A stretch of DNA of 63,952 bases, filler included, from Octopus bimaculoides (Eukaryota), in assembly GCF_001194135.2 (NCBI RefSeq). It is 5 parts of 5 records of this genome, joined end to end, with 100 filler letters (N's around TTAATTAATTAA, not from the genome) between each part and the next. Parts side by side here need not be neighbours in the genome. Positions count along the whole stretch, not along the records: positions 62,899 to 63,952 come from NW_026392213.1; 4 more parts are not named here. One strand, given 5' to 3'. Positions 63,191 through 63,952 of this stretch are shown here, piece by piece; positions within the stretch are counted from its first letter, which is position 1; every line of letters begins with the position of its first letter. Made by a program: the position numbers and the translations under genes. The notes under the pieces are model-generated. The model saw nothing but the letters and a program-made list of their open reading frames with translations, did no database searches and was not told the origin of the DNA.

Positions 63191-63364
63191 GTTAGAACTA
63201 AGGGATCTAGTCTGTTTGGCTGCCAGCATCAATTCTGTTCGAATTGATTTCACATTCAGTGTAATGATACACTTTTATAGGCCAGTTAATGACGTGAAAG
63301 TAATTTTCGCTATTAATCAATAAGTTATGAATTATTAGCAATTAAAGTTTGAAAATTTTGGTAA

Positions 63365-63490
63365 TTTCAGCCAATCGTAAACCACAGACACATTCACGCC
63401 TGTTTCGATAGTTGCGTACTGGGGTCGATCTAATCGGCTGGCCACTCCCCAAAAATTTCGGGCCTTGTGCCTAGAGTAGAAAAGAGTATG
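63365..63490 (+). mobile_element. Degenerate OK-type SINE 3' part
   Basis: GTACTGGGGTCGATCTAATCGGCT..GGGCCTTGTGCCTAGAGTAGAAA. Confidence 0.55.
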
Positions 63491-63952
63491 CATTTAATGC
63501 AAATGCGATAAACACATTACAATTTTTAAGAAAGATTTGGAAAAAATAGATGAAAGTTCTCCGGTAATTTTCTTTCATGTAAATAAATGTTTATGTTAAT
63601 TTTAAAATTTGCCAGCAAAATCTTATAGAATGACAATGTTCCAAAAGATGTACACGTTTATATATTATACATGAAAATAAGAGTGAACAAAATATGCTTA
63701 AAAAACAAGCATTTAAGCATGCAATAAGCAACATCTTACAAATTATTTTTGATTGAATGTATTTCCAACTTGCGATTTTAATTTTAAAATTATCCTCCTC
63801 TGTTTTCAATGTTTCCATAATAGAAGCGAAACTACTGGAGCTTGCTACCATAGTCACACAAAACACAGAACACAACACCAAATTTGTCAACACGCGCTTT
63901 CTAAATTTCTTTGCTACCCTGAGATTTATTAATAATGATATAATGATTTTTT

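Overview
Eukaryotic, AT-rich, gap-ridden draft-assembly sequence with no confidently identifiable host protein-coding gene. Most long ORFs in the supplied track are microsatellite or N-gap artefacts. The repeat complement (OK-type and OR1/OR2-type tRNA SINEs, very dense di/tri/tetranucleotide microsatellites) points to an octopus, probably an Octopus bimaculoides-type assembly; this is an inference. The window is a graveyard of transposable elements: two Penelope-like retroelements, several mariner remnants (one near full length), RTE and R4-like LINE fragments, a probable Chapaev fragment, more than 12 SINEs, and a Helitron family whose Rep/helicase begins with 23-aa STPR-like repeats. The most notable observations are: (i) a 62-bp VNTR in an RTE 3'UTR whose unit predicts two hairpins with complementary loops; (ii) three co-oriented CTCF-like motifs within 183 bp; (iii) a twin-priming-like 5' inversion in an RTE LINE; (iv) minimal hammerhead-like motifs; (v) a head-to-tail SINE array joined by microhomology; and (vi) a sharply CpG-depleted domain at about 52-61 kb. 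Family assignments come from recalled motifs, not database searches, and boundaries are approximate unless stated.
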